Assembly: GCA_963715845.1 (NCBI GenBank)
Contig: CAVQSJ010000036.1
Coordinates: 47,710-111,709 of the forward strand
DNA from: an uncultured Gammaproteobacteria bacterium
Lineage (GTDB): Bacteria; Pseudomonadota; Gammaproteobacteria; Competibacterales; Competibacteraceae
Length of the DNA: 64,000 nucleotides
Direction: 5' to 3'
Under the pieces are notes generated by a model. That model was given only the letters and a program-made list of their open reading frames with translations, was not told the origin of the DNA and did not search any database. Shown here piece by piece: positions 8,432-19,138 of the stretch. The stretch's first letter is position 1. Every line of letters begins with the position of its first letter. The translations under genes and the position numbers were made by a program.

Positions 8432-11332
8432 CCCATCCCGCCTTTCAGCATTTGCGCAGCCATCCCGTTCCCGCCCTGCGGCTGGAGTTCCAGGAATACC
8501 GTCACAGCGCCACCAGCGCCAGACATATCCATCTGGCCGCCGACGATCAACATAACGCCTTCATGGTGGCATTCCTGACCGTGCCGCAAGACTCGACCGG
8601 CGTGGCCCACATCCTTGAGCACACCGCCCTGTGCGGCAGCCAGCGCTACCCGGTGCGCGACCCGTTCTTCATGATGATCCGCCGTTCGCTCAACACCTTC
8701 ATGAATGCTTTTACCAGCAACGACTGGACCGCCTACCCGTTCGCCAGCCAGAACAAAAAGGATTTCAACAACCTGCTGGACGTGTATCTGGACGCGACGT
8801 TTTTCCCGTTGCTGGACGAACGCGATTTCGCCCAGGAAGGCCACCGGCTGGAGTTCGCCAAGCCCACCGATCCCGATTCGGAACTGGTGTTCAAAGGGGT
8901 CGTGTTCAACGAGATGAAAGGTGCGCTGAGTGCGCCGGTACAACGGCTGGGACTGGCGCTGCAAAGCCGGCTGTTCCCCACCACCACGTATCATTACAAT
9001 AGCGGTGGCGATCCTGATGCGATTCCCGATCTCACTTACGAACAACTCAAGGCGTTCCACGCCCGCCACTACCACCCGTCGAACGCCATCTTCCTGACTT
9101 ACGGCGACATCCCCGCCGCCGAGCATCAAGAACGCTTCGAGACGCAGATTCTCAACCGGTTCCAAGCAATGAAGCTGGATTTGGCCATCCCCGATGAACG
9201 GCGCCATGCCGCGCCGGTCGTCGACTTGATTCATTACCCGCTGGACGGCGCCGACGACCTGCACGACCAAACTCATATCGTACTGGGCTGGCTGCTGGGG
9301 CCGATCACCGACCCGCTGGCAACGCTGCGGGCGCGGCTGTTGAGCGACGCGCTGCTGGACAACAGCAGTTCGCCACTACGGCACGCGCTGGAAACTTCCG
9401 AACTTGGCGCCGCGCCGTCGCCGATGTGCGGTTTCGATACCTCCACGCGCGAGGCCACCTTCGTTTGCGGCTTGGAAGGCTCCAACCCCGAACACGCCGA
9501 AGCGGTCGAAGCGTTGGTGTTCGACGTGCTGCAACAAGTCGCCGTCGAGGGCGTCCCGCAAGAGGCGGTGGACGCCGCCCTGCATCAACTGGAATTGAGC
9601 GAGCGGGAAATCACCGGGGACGGTTTTCCCTACGGCCTGCACTTGCTGATGGAAGCCCTCACCCCAGCGATTCACGGCGGCGATCCCGTCGCCGCGCTGG
9701 ACAGCGATCCGCTCTTGGAGCAGTTGCGGACGGAAAGCCGGGCAGTCAGATTTCATTCCGCGACTCGCCCGGCAACTGCTGCTGGAAAATCCGCACCGGG
9801 TACGGCTGACCATGGCCCCGGACCCGGAACTGAGCGCGAAACAGGCGGCGGCCGAGCAACAAAAACTGGCGACCATCCGCGCGGCGCTGGCCGAGGCCGA
9901 CCAAACCCGCATCGTCGTCCAGGCCCAGGCGCTGGCCGAACGCCAGCAACAGCAGGACGATCCCGAATTGTTGCCACGCGTCGGCCTGGAAGACGTGCCG
10001 CCGGACTTGAAAATCGCCGAGGGCATCGCCCGCCCGGTCGGCGCTTTGCCCGCCCATTGGTACGCTCAGGGCACCAACGGCATGGTCTACCTGCAAGCCG
10101 TTCTCGATCTGCCGGCGCTGGAATCCGACGAACTGGATTTGCTGCCACTGTTCTGCGCCTGTCTGACCGAAGTGGGCAGCGCGGGCCGCGATTACCGGAC
10201 CACCCAGGCCCGGCAGGCGGCGGTGACCGGCGGCCTCAGCGCCCGCGCCAATGTAAGGGGCGGGGTCGATGACGTACAGCAGGCCAAGGGCGTGCTGGTC
10301 ATCGCCGGCAAGGCGCTGGCCCGCCATCACGCCGACCTGTCCGAACTGCTGTGGGAAACCCTGACCAGCGCCCGTTTCGACGAACTACCCCGGTTGCGGG
10401 AACTGGTCGCGCAAATCCGCGCCCAGCGCGAGGAGTCCATTACCGACCACGGCCACATGCTGGCGCTCGCCGCCGCCAGCGCCGGGCTGAGTCCGGTGGC
10501 GGCGCTGAATCATCGCTGGGATGGGTTGCACGGTTTAAAACAACTCAAGACGCTGGACGATGCTCTGGACAATCCTGAAGCGCTGCGCGCGTTCGCCGAG
10601 CGGTTGGCACGGCTGCGGGACCGGTTGCAACACGTGCCTCGGCAATTGCTGGTCGTCAGCGAGGCCGAACGGCAGGACGTCATCGCCGAGGCGCTGGCCG
10701 CCCGCTGGCGGAATGGTCAGGCCGCGCTGGAACCGTTCGCGCTCGCCGTGCCGGAACCGCAACCGTCGCGACAGGGGTTTCGGGTCAACACCCAGGTCAA
10801 TTTCTGCGCCAAGGCTTACTCCACCGTCGCGCCGAACCATCCCGATGCACCGGCGCTGCAGGTACTGGGCGACTTCCTGCGCAACGGCTATCTGCACCGG
10901 GCCATCCGCGAACAGGGTGGCGCCTACGGTGGTGGTGCGGGCTATCACCCCGATAGCGGGGCATTCCGCTTCTATTCCTACCGCGATCCCCGACTGGCCG
11001 ATACGCTGGCCGATTTCGACCTGGCGCTGGACTGGCTGCAAACCCACAACCATCCAGCGCGGACCCTGGAGGAAGCCATTCTCGGCATCATCGCCGCCAT
11101 CGACAAGCCCGGCTCGCCCGCCGGCGAGGCGATCAGCGCCTTCTTCGGCACGCTGTTCGGCCGCACCCCGGAACAGCGCCGCGCTTACCGGCAACGAGTG
11201 CTGGAGGTCACGCTGGACGATCTCAGGCGGGTCGCGGCGGCTTACCTGCAACCGGAACGGGCCAGTTGCGCGGTCCTGAGCGACGCGCGGACACTGGCGG
11301 AACAGAAAAACTGGACTATCATCGCGGTTTGA
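8428..11332 (+). CDS. M16-family zinc metallopeptidase (PreP/insulinase-like) whose reading frame is broken near 9735
   Basis: HxxEH zinc motif ([11 protein letters not shown]). The track shows two overlapping ORFs, 8098..10272 and 9812..11332, which join through a +1 shift between LEQLRTE and [33 protein letters not shown]. Confidence 0.7.
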
Positions 11333-11362
11333 AACCAGCCGATGCCACCAAGGTTCACCTGA

Positions 11363-13816
11363 ATGCGTAAACCCTCCTCGCCACCACGCATCCGTCTCGA
11401 TGAACTGCCCACCCGGGAACTGATCGCCCGTGGCGAAACTCTGCTGTCGGCCCATGACTACAAGGATGCCATCGAGGTCTACAAGCTGCTGCTGAAGCGC
11501 GAACCGCAAGCCGAGGCTGGCTGGCGCGGATCGTTGGCCACGGCGTATCTGGAACGGGCTAAGCAACTGGCCCAGAAAGCGATGTACCGGGAAGCCATCG
11601 TGCTCTGGGAGAATATCCCCAATCTGTGCGGTCAAGCTCCCCAACCCAACCTGTACATCGACTGGCTGCTCCGCACCGGCCAGTACGCCAAGGCGATCCG
11701 CGCCTATGTCAGTCATGCGGCCGCGTTGCCCGCCGCCGATCTCGTCGAACCGGAAACCCTGCTTGCCGCGCTGGTCCTGGCCGGACAAAAGGAGGGTCTC
11801 CAGGCGCTGTCCCCGGAAGCGTCGCTATGCCGACAGTTACCCTCGGCCCAGACCGCCCTGCGCGCCTATTGCCAGGGCGAGGTCGAAGCCGCGGTGCGCG
11901 AGCATCTGCAAAACATCCCCATTCGCTCGCCCTACCGGGATTTGCGCCAAGCGCTCGCGGGCCTGCTGAAGCTGGAAACCGACCCAGCCGGCGCCCTGCC
12001 CCTGATCGAGCGCATTCCCCCGACTTCCCCTTACCACGGCATCGCCGAAATCGTGCGCGCCTGCGCCGCCAGCGAACCCACTCGGGCAATACTGGCGCTC
12101 GAACCGTCCCAGCGCGAACTGGCCGGCGGCCTGCTCGGTCTGGATCAGCGCCAGCTCAAACTGCTCCGGGAATGGGCGCGGCTCGGCGAAAAAACCAGCG
12201 ATAAAGCGATGTTCGACTTCATCACCGCCAACCTGGCGGCGTTCGACCGCGAACAGGCCCGGCGGGCCTGTCTGGCGCTGCTTCCCGCCCATACGCCGGG
12301 GCAGTCCGTCTACACCAAGCTGTTCGGGCCGCTGCCGCCGTTCGAGGCGCATCGTCTCAAGGCGCTGCGGGCGGAACGCGATCACGATTTCAGCCGAGCC
12401 CTGCTCGACTGGCGAGCCTGCGTCGATCTGCTGAGCCAGGATGCCACCAACCCGGATAGCCGGTTGATGGCGGCACTCGTCCTGCGCCACATGGCGCAAC
12501 TGTCGGAGCGGGAGGAACCCGACTGGTACGAACCCCCTAATACCGCTTCTTATCTGGAAGAAAGCTTGCGGTTCGATCCGGATGATCGCGACACCTATTT
12601 GCAACTGGCCAAGCTGCACCGGCAGGCCGGCGATGATAAGGAGTACCACCAGTGGGTGGAACGCGCTGTCAAGCAATTCCCCGACGACCCCCAGGTGCTG
12701 TTGGCCGCGGTGGAAACCGCCACCGCCCGCAAGGCTTACAAGAAAGCCGCCGGTTTCGCCACGCGGGTATTGGAATTGGACCCGATCAACAGCAAGGCCC
12801 GCAATATTCTGATCAACTCTTATCTGGCCCACGCCCGTAAACAGATTCTGGCCGGTAAATACGCCCTGGCGGAAAAGGAACTGGACAGCGCCGGCCAACT
12901 GGAACGGGACAACGCCCGCAGTGGCGTCGTCGAACTCAACCGGGGCCTGCTGGCTTATCAGCAACACCAGCGCGAGCGCATGAAGCACTGGCTCCAGGAA
13001 GGTGCCCGCCTCGCCGGCAGCCCCCTGCTGGCGTGGCTGCGGCTGGCGGTGGAAGCCACCCGTCTGCGGCTGGAACCGGCCGACTTCCAGCGCGATCTCG
13101 AACTCGACGACCCGCGCAAACTGACCGTCGACCGCGCCGATCTGCTGGCCCTGACCCGACTGATCAACGCCTACCGGGAAGAAGGCGTCCCCGATCTCGG
13201 CGCGGCCCTGGAAGACGTGGAAAAGCCGCTGAAACGCGCCATCAAGCAACTGACCGATGAGGACGACCTGCTGTCGGTCTGCGAATGTCTGCACCAGGCG
13301 CCGCATCACGAGTTGCTGGAGTACGTCGCCACCCACGCGCTCGACCGCCAGCCGGGCCGGCCCCTGTTCGTCTACTACCAGATTTTTGGCCGCGCCGAAG
13401 GCGAGATTGACGACGTGAAGGATCGCGACTACGACCGCTTGAAGCACGCCCTGAAACAGGCCGCCGCCGCCAAGGACCACCGCGCCGCCACTCTGATCGA
13501 CCGGTTCCTCAGCCAGGGACCGTTTTCGTTGCCCTTCCCCAGGCCAAGCAGCGGCCCGTTGCCGCTGCCGCCCAAGCTGCGAAATGACATGGAAGACCTC
13601 CGCAAGGAACTGGAGCGGCTACCGCCGGCGCTGCGGGATCGAATGCTGGACCAGATACTGGACTCCTTGCCGCTCGACGACGATTTCCCGCCCGAAGCGC
13701 AAAGGGCCCTCATGAAGGCCCTGTTGCTTGGCGGTGGGAGTCTTGAGAACCTGCTGGATGAGTTACCGGACTTCCCGCTGCCGGGCCGGGGCGGACGCAA
13801 ACACCGCCGGAGATGA
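11363..13816 (+). CDS. large TPR-like repeat protein, hypothetical, first gene of the Hsp70 operon
   Basis: 817-aa ORF with good high-GC codon usage, a helical repeat-rich composition and a C-terminal Pro-rich, Arg-rich tail. Its stop overlaps the next gene's start. Confidence 0.6.
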   Translation: MRKPSSPPRIRLDELPTRELIARGETLLSAHDYKDAIEVYKLLLKREPQAEAGWRGSLATAYLERAKQLAQKAMYREAIVLWENIPNLCGQAPQPNLYIDWLLRTGQYAKAIRAYVSHAAALPAADLVEPETLLAALVLAGQKEGLQALSPEASLCRQLPSAQTALRAYCQGEVEAAVREHLQNIPIRSPYRDLRQALAGLLKLETDPAGALPLIERIPPTSPYHGIAEIVRACAASEPTRAILALEPSQRELAGGLLGLDQRQLKLLREWARLGEKTSDKAMFDFITANLAAFDREQARRACLALLPAHTPGQSVYTKLFGPLPPFEAHRLKALRAERDHDFSRALLDWRACVDLLSQDATNPDSRLMAALVLRHMAQLSEREEPDWYEPPNTASYLEESLRFDPDDRDTYLQLAKLHRQAGDDKEYHQWVERAVKQFPDDPQVLLAAVETATARKAYKKAAGFATRVLELDPINSKARNILINSYLAHARKQILAGKYALAEKELDSAGQLERDNARSGVVELNRGLLAYQQHQRERMKHWLQEGARLAGSPLLAWLRLAVEATRLRLEPADFQRDLELDDPRKLTVDRADLLALTRLINAYREEGVPDLGAALEDVEKPLKRAIKQLTDEDDLLSVCECLHQAPHHELLEYVATHALDRQPGRPLFVYYQIFGRAEGEIDDVKDRDYDRLKHALKQAAAAKDHRAATLIDRFLSQGPFSLPFPRPSSGPLPLPPKLRNDMEDLRKELERLPPALRDRMLDQILDSLPLDDDFPPEAQRALMKALLLGGGSLENLLDELPDFPLPGRGGRKHRRR

Positions 13817-14127
13817 TGATCATGCCGAATCCGTTCGCCGTGCTGGGCATCGCCGAAACCGCCGCCGACGACGCCATCAAGAAAGCATATTTGCAACAGG
13901 TGCGCGAACACCCACCGGAGCGGGACTCCGAACGCTTCCAGACCATCCGCGCCGCCTACGAGGCTATCAAGACCCGCCAAGACCGGCTGCGCTACCGCTT
14001 GTTCGGGCAGGAAGCACCGGATTTGGCCGGGCTGGTGGCGTCCACCCTGCAACCCGGCCCGCGCCGCCGCCCGGCCGAGCAACAGTTGCGGCAACTGCTG
14101 CTCGCTCGCCTGACTGGCCAGAAGTAA
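13813..14127 (+). CDS. small J-domain (DnaJ-like) co-chaperone
   Basis: NPFAVLGIAETAADDAIKKAYLQQVREHPPERDSERFQTIRAAYEAI; the J-domain is seen directly; an HPD-equivalent HPPE is present. Confidence 0.7.
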   Translation: MMIMPNPFAVLGIAETAADDAIKKAYLQQVREHPPERDSERFQTIRAAYEAIKTRQDRLRYRLFGQEAPDLAGLVASTLQPGPRRRPAEQQLRQLLLARLTGQK

Positions 14128-14136
14128 AGACCCCAC

Positions 14137-14874
14137 ATGAATATCGAAACCAAGGAACAATTGCTGGAGCGCTTCCGCGCCTACCTGGACGAACTGCCCG
14201 AGGCCGTCCCGACCGAGGCAACCGAAGCCGACCGGCGGACCGACCTGTACTCGCTGTTCGCCGAACTGGTGGCGCTGAAAACCGAAGTCCGGCTGGAATC
14301 GCGCCAGGTGAAAACCGTGCTGGATGAATTCAAATCCGTCTTCGACACTCTGCAAGCCAGCCAGAGCCAACTCGGCGGCGAACTGGACCGCGCGCGCGGC
14401 GCGGTGGCCGAACAGCGGCGGGCAGCCCTGAAACCCCTGCTGCTGGAATTGGTGGACCTGCGCGACCGTCTGGAAGCCGGCCTGCGCGTCCTGCAGGGCT
14501 ATCGGCCCTCGCTGCTGGGCCGGCTGCTGGGGGTGGCCCGGCGGGAACGGACGCTGTTGCAAGCTGTTGTCCAGGGCCAGGACATCAGTCTGCGCCGGCT
14601 GGACCAGATGCTGAGTAACCAGCAAGTGGCCGCCCTGCCCGCCCAGGGCAACCCGCTCGACCCCCACACCATGCGCGCCGCCGAGTTGGACCAGCGGCCG
14701 GACCTGGCCAACGGTATCGTCACCGGGGAACTGCGCAAGGGCTACACCTGGCAGGGCGAGTTGCTGCGGCTGGCGGAAGTCAAGGTCAACCGCAAGCCGG
14801 AACCGCCCACCAGCGTCGATACTCCACCTGATGTCTCCTCACCAATCCAATGCGAGTCGCAAATTCATGACTGA
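14137..14874 (+). CDS. GrpE-like nucleotide-exchange factor (divergent)
   Basis: A long coiled-coil N-terminus and a C-terminus (GIVTGELRKGYTWQGELLRLAEVKVN) resembling the GrpE beta-domain. The stop overlaps the Hsp70 start. Confidence 0.55.
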   Translation: MNIETKEQLLERFRAYLDELPEAVPTEATEADRRTDLYSLFAELVALKTEVRLESRQVKTVLDEFKSVFDTLQASQSQLGGELDRARGAVAEQRRAALKPLLLELVDLRDRLEAGLRVLQGYRPSLLGRLLGVARRERTLLQAVVQGQDISLRRLDQMLSNQQVAALPAQGNPLDPHTMRAAELDQRPDLANGIVTGELRKGYTWQGELLRLAEVKVNRKPEPPTSVDTPPDVSSPIQCESQIHD

Positions 14875-16621
14875 AAAAATCATCGGCATCGATCTGGGCA
14901 CCACCAATTCCGAAGTGGCGGTGGTGGAAAACGGTCGCGTCACCGTCATCGACGCCAGTCCCGGCAACCCGATCCTGCCCTCCTTCGTCGGTCTCGCCGA
15001 CGACGGCTCGATTCTGGTGGGGGAACCGGCCAAGAATCAGTACGTCCTGTATCCGGAACGCACCATCAAATCCATCAAGCGGCGGATGGGCAGCGCCGAC
15101 CGGGTGCAAATGGGCGACGACAGCTACACGCCCCAGGAAATCTCCGCCATCATTCTGCGGCGATTGAAAGCCATCGCCGAGGCGCATCTGGGCGAAACGA
15201 TCCCCAAGGCGGTAATCACGGTTCCCGCCTATTTCTCCGATGCCCAGCGCCAGGCCACCCGGGAAGCCGGAGAAATCGCCGGACTGGAAGTGGTGCGGAT
15301 CATCAACGAACCGACCGCCGCCGCGCTGTCCTATGAAGCCAACCATCAGGGCCACAAGCGGGTGCTGGTCTACGACCTGGGCGGCGGCACCTTCGACGTG
15401 TCGGTGGTCGGCATCGAGGACAACGTGGTCGAGGTGCTGGCCAGCCACGGCAACAACCATCTGGGTGGCGATGATTTCGACGCCAAGATCGTCGAACACA
15501 TCGTCGGGCATCTGAAAGAACAGGGAGCCGATCCGAATTCCTCGCGCCGGGCCATGGCGCGTATCACCCGGGCGGCGGAAATCGCCAAGATTGCGTTGTC
15601 GGACCAGCCCTACTACCGGATCGAGGAGGAATACCTGCTGGAAAAAGCGGGCGCGCCGATCAACCTGTCACTGGAACTGTCCCGCCATGAATACGAGGAC
15701 ATGATCGCCGGCTACATCGACGAAACCCTGGAAGCCGTGCATGTGGCGCTGAAGGGCGCCAACCTGACCGTGTCGGACATCGACGAAGTGCTGCTGGTGG
15801 GCGGTGCCACCCGCACGCCGCTGATCGGCCAGCGGCTGGAGGAGGACCTGGGTCTGCTGGTGCGGGCGGAGGTCAACCCGGAACTGTGTGTCGCCACCGG
15901 CGCGGCCATCCAGGCGGCGATGCTGGCCGGCGAGACGGTCTCGGCGGTGCTGGTGGACGTCACTCCCTATACCTTCGGCACCAGCGCCTTGAGCGAAATG
16001 AACGGCATGCCCTACCCCTTCGTCTACGTGCCGCTCATCCATAAGAACACGCCGATCCCGGTCACCAAGAGCGAGGTGTTCTACACCTTGCGCGATCATC
16101 AGGAAGCGGTGAACGTGCATGTTTACCAGGGCGAGGATCCGGATGCGCTGAACAACATCCAAATTGGTCAGTTTAACGTGGAGAACCTGAGCAAAGCGCC
16201 GGCCGGCAACCCGATCATCCTTCAGTTCGCGCTGGACTTGAACGGCATCATGCAGGTGTCGGCCCGCGAGAAGAACACTGGGCTGGAGAAATCCATCCGC
16301 ATCGACAACGTGCTGTCCCGCTTCCAGGAGGGCGAGTTGGAAACAGCGCGGGCGCGGGTCAACGCCCTGTTCGCGGGCGAGGAAATGGCGGCGCAGCCTG
16401 CCGGGACGGCCGGTGGCGCCACCGAGCATCAGTTGACGGCGCAGGCGCGGGCCCTGGTGGAAAAGGCCGAACGGCTGCTGGACAGCGCCGCCGAGGACGA
16501 TCGCGAGGAGATGATCAATCTGATCGAAGCGATCACGGACGCACTGGCTGGTGGCGATTTCACCGCGTTGTCCGCGCCGATGGCCGCGCTGTCGGACATC
16601 CTGTTCTATCTGGAGTCCTGA
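14867..16621 (+). CDS. Hsp70-family ATPase, HscC-like paralog (not the canonical DnaK)
   Basis: IIGIDLGTTNSEVAV, DLGGGTFDVS and VLLVGGATRTPL are diagnostic of the Hsp70 nucleotide-binding domain; the substrate-binding domain is shortened and divergent. Confidence 0.85.
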   Translation: MTEKIIGIDLGTTNSEVAVVENGRVTVIDASPGNPILPSFVGLADDGSILVGEPAKNQYVLYPERTIKSIKRRMGSADRVQMGDDSYTPQEISAIILRRLKAIAEAHLGETIPKAVITVPAYFSDAQRQATREAGEIAGLEVVRIINEPTAAALSYEANHQGHKRVLVYDLGGGTFDVSVVGIEDNVVEVLASHGNNHLGGDDFDAKIVEHIVGHLKEQGADPNSSRRAMARITRAAEIAKIALSDQPYYRIEEEYLLEKAGAPINLSLELSRHEYEDMIAGYIDETLEAVHVALKGANLTVSDIDEVLLVGGATRTPLIGQRLEEDLGLLVRAEVNPELCVATGAAIQAAMLAGETVSAVLVDVTPYTFGTSALSEMNGMPYPFVYVPLIHKNTPIPVTKSEVFYTLRDHQEAVNVHVYQGEDPDALNNIQIGQFNVENLSKAPAGNPIILQFALDLNGIMQVSAREKNTGLEKSIRIDNVLSRFQEGELETARARVNALFAGEEMAAQPAGTAGGATEHQLTAQARALVEKAERLLDSAAEDDREEMINLIEAITDALAGGDFTALSAPMAALSDILFYLES

Positions 16622-16902
16622 TGGAACGCTGCCCGGTCTGCCGCGCCCGCTCCAAGGGCGATCCGGTCTGCTATCGCTGCGGCGCGGACTTGAGCGCCCT
16701 GCTGGCCATTGAAGCCGAAGCCGCAACGCTGGAACGAAGGGCCGCGGTCCTGCTGGGCGCCGGCGAACTGCTCGAGGCGCGCCAGGCGGCCGAACGCGCG
16801 CTGACGCTCCAGTACAGTCCGTTGGCGTTCGCCGTGCGGGACTTCGCCCGCAAGGAACTGGTGGCCAACGAGGCGCGGCTATTCGAGCGGTTGTTGCAAT
16901 AA
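16621..16902 (+). CDS. small zinc-ribbon protein translationally coupled to the Hsp70 gene
   Basis: CPVC-x9-CYRC motif; TGATGG stop/start overlap with the Hsp70 gene. Confidence 0.5.
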   Translation: MERCPVCRARSKGDPVCYRCGADLSALLAIEAEAATLERRAAVLLGAGELLEARQAAERALTLQYSPLAFAVRDFARKELVANEARLFERLLQ

Positions 16903-16920
16903 CGCCCGCGAGAACAAGCT

Positions 16921-17604
16921 TCAATCGGCCGCTTGCCGCAGCACTTTCATGAAAGCCTGGTGTTCCGCCGTCTGCAGCGAGCACTGCACGGCGGCCAGCA
17001 CCCGCGCCAGATCGCCATCGAGCAGGGCTCGGACATCGAGCGCCAGCCCCGGAAAAATCCGGCTGCGTAGCAACCCATCCGTTCCAGGCTCAAGCGGCTG
17101 GTACTCACCGTCCTCCAGAACAAACCAAAGCATCCGCTTTTCGCGCACCAGCCACACCAGATATTCCCGTACCCCGTTGCGGCGATACACCTTGCGCTTG
17201 TCGTGCAGGTCGTGGGAGGCGCTGGTCGAGGCGATCTCGACGATCAGTTCGGGAGCGCCTTCCAGATAATCATCCTGGCTGATGCGAGACTGGCCGCCCG
17301 CCCGTTCCGGCAGACGCAACAGAGCGTCGGGCTGAAATTCGTTGTCGGCGTCCAATCGTAGGGTAGCGTTGTCGGCCAGGCGAACGCCGGGAGTGGCGGC
17401 CCAGTAGGTCGCCAACCAACCCATGACAAGCGCGTGCGGCTCAGCATGTTGTTCGAAATGTAGCGGCGAGGGCATGAAAACGGTTCCTTCGATCAATTCG
17501 GCCTTCTTGAGTCGCGGCATGGCGTGATACCGCCGTTCGAATTCCTGGCAGGTCAAATGGTCGCCGTTTTCCAAAGGTGGGATGTCGAGTGCCAAAGTGT
17601 GCAT
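16921..17604 (-). CDS. Uma2-family (DUF820) PD-(D/E)XK putative endonuclease
   Basis: The LTCQEFERRYHAM...AELIEG...PELIVEIASTS pattern is typical of Uma2/DUF820. Confidence 0.8.
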   Translation of the reverse strand: MHTLALDIPPLENGDHLTCQEFERRYHAMPRLKKAELIEGTVFMPSPLHFEQHAEPHALVMGWLATYWAATPGVRLADNATLRLDADNEFQPDALLRLPERAGGQSRISQDDYLEGAPELIVEIASTSASHDLHDKRKVYRRNGVREYLVWLVREKRMLWFVLEDGEYQPLEPGTDGLLRSRIFPGLALDVRALLDGDLARVLAAVQCSLQTAEHQAFMKVLRQAAD

Positions 17605-17825
17605 GACGGGTTCCTGTGGGCTGGACAGCCGGCTTCGATTTTGAGGAATACACCCAGGCGATTCAAGCAGCCATGCAAGCGCCCCGCAGCGCGAGTCAGG
17701 CGCGCATGGCGATTTGCGCCAGTTTAGATTAACCTTGCAAAAACTGGAGGATAGCCCTGTGCTCTCCCATTACTTGGCCTGGGAGCCTACCGGCAGGAAC
17801 GCCATCGTTCATAGGAACAAACACC

Positions 17826-18593
17826 ATGGAAATCTTCGTTTATCACACGCCAGACCAAGTTCCGGACTTAAGCAAAAAGGCCCGCAAGGGTGGCCTCAGC
17901 CTCGATCTGCCCGCCTGCGCCATCGTGATCGACGTATTGCGCGCCACCACCACCATGGCGACGGCATTGCAGTCCGGCGCGGAAGCGATTCAGGTGTTCG
18001 ACGACCTCGATGAACTGTTTCGTCTCAGCAAGCGCTGGCCGGTCGAACGCCGCCTGCTGGCTGGCGAGCGCGGCGGCGAAAAACTGGAGGGTTTCGATCT
18101 CGGCAATTCGCCGTCGGAATGCATGCCCGCGCGGGTCGGTGGCAAGCGACTGTTCATGAGCACCACTAACGGCACCCGCGCTCTGGAACGAGTACAGCGA
18201 GTCCCGATTCTGCTGACGGCTTCACTGACCAACCGCGCGGCGGTGGTACGCTATCTGTTGCAGGAGCAACCGCACACGGTCTGGATCGTGGCGGCTGGCT
18301 GGCGCGGCGGCTTCTCGCTGGAGGACACCATCTGTGCCGGGGCCATCGCCTGCGCGCTGAGCGTCGAACGCGGCAGCGACTGCGCGGGGGACGACGAATC
18401 CATCGCCGCCATGGCGCTGTTCGAACAGTGGCAGAACCGGCTGCCGCAACTGCTACGCTATGCCCACCACGGGCGTGGCCTGGCGGCCTTGGGCTGCGAA
18501 GAGGATTTGGACTATTGCGCCCGGCTCGACAGCGTCAACGTGGTGCCACTGCAAACCGAGCCGGGGGTGTTAAAGCCGGCGCTGTTGGATTGA
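17826..18593 (+). CDS. 2-phosphosulfolactate phosphatase (ComB) family protein
   Basis: AIVIDVLRATTTMATAL...GERGG...GFDLGNSP are ComB-family motifs. Confidence 0.75.
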   Translation: MEIFVYHTPDQVPDLSKKARKGGLSLDLPACAIVIDVLRATTTMATALQSGAEAIQVFDDLDELFRLSKRWPVERRLLAGERGGEKLEGFDLGNSPSECMPARVGGKRLFMSTTNGTRALERVQRVPILLTASLTNRAAVVRYLLQEQPHTVWIVAAGWRGGFSLEDTICAGAIACALSVERGSDCAGDDESIAAMALFEQWQNRLPQLLRYAHHGRGLAALGCEEDLDYCARLDSVNVVPLQTEPGVLKPALLD

Positions 18594-18630
18594 TACCGGA
18601 GCACTGCGCAACCATGGCGGAGGGCCGCGA

Positions 18631-19083
18631 ATGATCACCGCTAAAGCCGACGTTCTGGTGTTTCAGAAGATCGAACGGGTCTACCAGTTCGTCGCCCTGG
18701 ATTTCGTCGCGAATTATCCCCGCTGGTCGGCGGAGGTGGTGGACCTCAAACCATTGTCGGCCGGCCCGGTGCAACTGGGCTACCAAGCCCGACAAGTACG
18801 CGTGGATCAGGGGCACAAATCGGAATCGACCTTCGAGGTGGCCGAACTGGAACCGCTCAAGCGAATCTGTTTCAAGGGCATTTCGGCTCCCTATCGCTCC
18901 ATCTATGAATTCGACAACCTCAGTCCGTCCACGCGTCTGACCTTCACGTTCGAATTGGAAAAACTCGAGCCACGCATGCGTCCGTTCGAAAAGCTGGTTC
19001 GCATCGCGGTGCAAGACGGCGCCAAGCGCACCGTGCGAAAACTGAAGTTGCTGATCGAGAAAGACATGCTGGACAACGGCTAG
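18631..19083 (+). CDS. SRPBCC (polyketide cyclase/dehydrase-like) family protein
   Basis: 150-aa ORF with the composition and length of Polyketide_cyc2-like proteins. Confidence 0.6.
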   Translation: MITAKADVLVFQKIERVYQFVALDFVANYPRWSAEVVDLKPLSAGPVQLGYQARQVRVDQGHKSESTFEVAELEPLKRICFKGISAPYRSIYEFDNLSPSTRLTFTFELEKLEPRMRPFEKLVRIAVQDGAKRTVRKLKLLIEKDMLDNG

Positions 19084-19138
19084 AGATGCGGTGCGCAGCG
19101 GCATTGCTTCGAGGCTTCGAATTCCATGGGAGGTTCTC

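Noticed and set aside
11837-13480. long minus-strand ORF (547 aa) antisense to the TPR gene, and similar long antisense ORFs at 15668-16984, 35875-37098, 40229-41593, 44639-45835 and 57313-58995
   Set aside because: These are typical high-GC antisense artefacts. Their amino-acid composition is Arg/Gly/Pro-rich with no domains, and they overlap well-supported genes.
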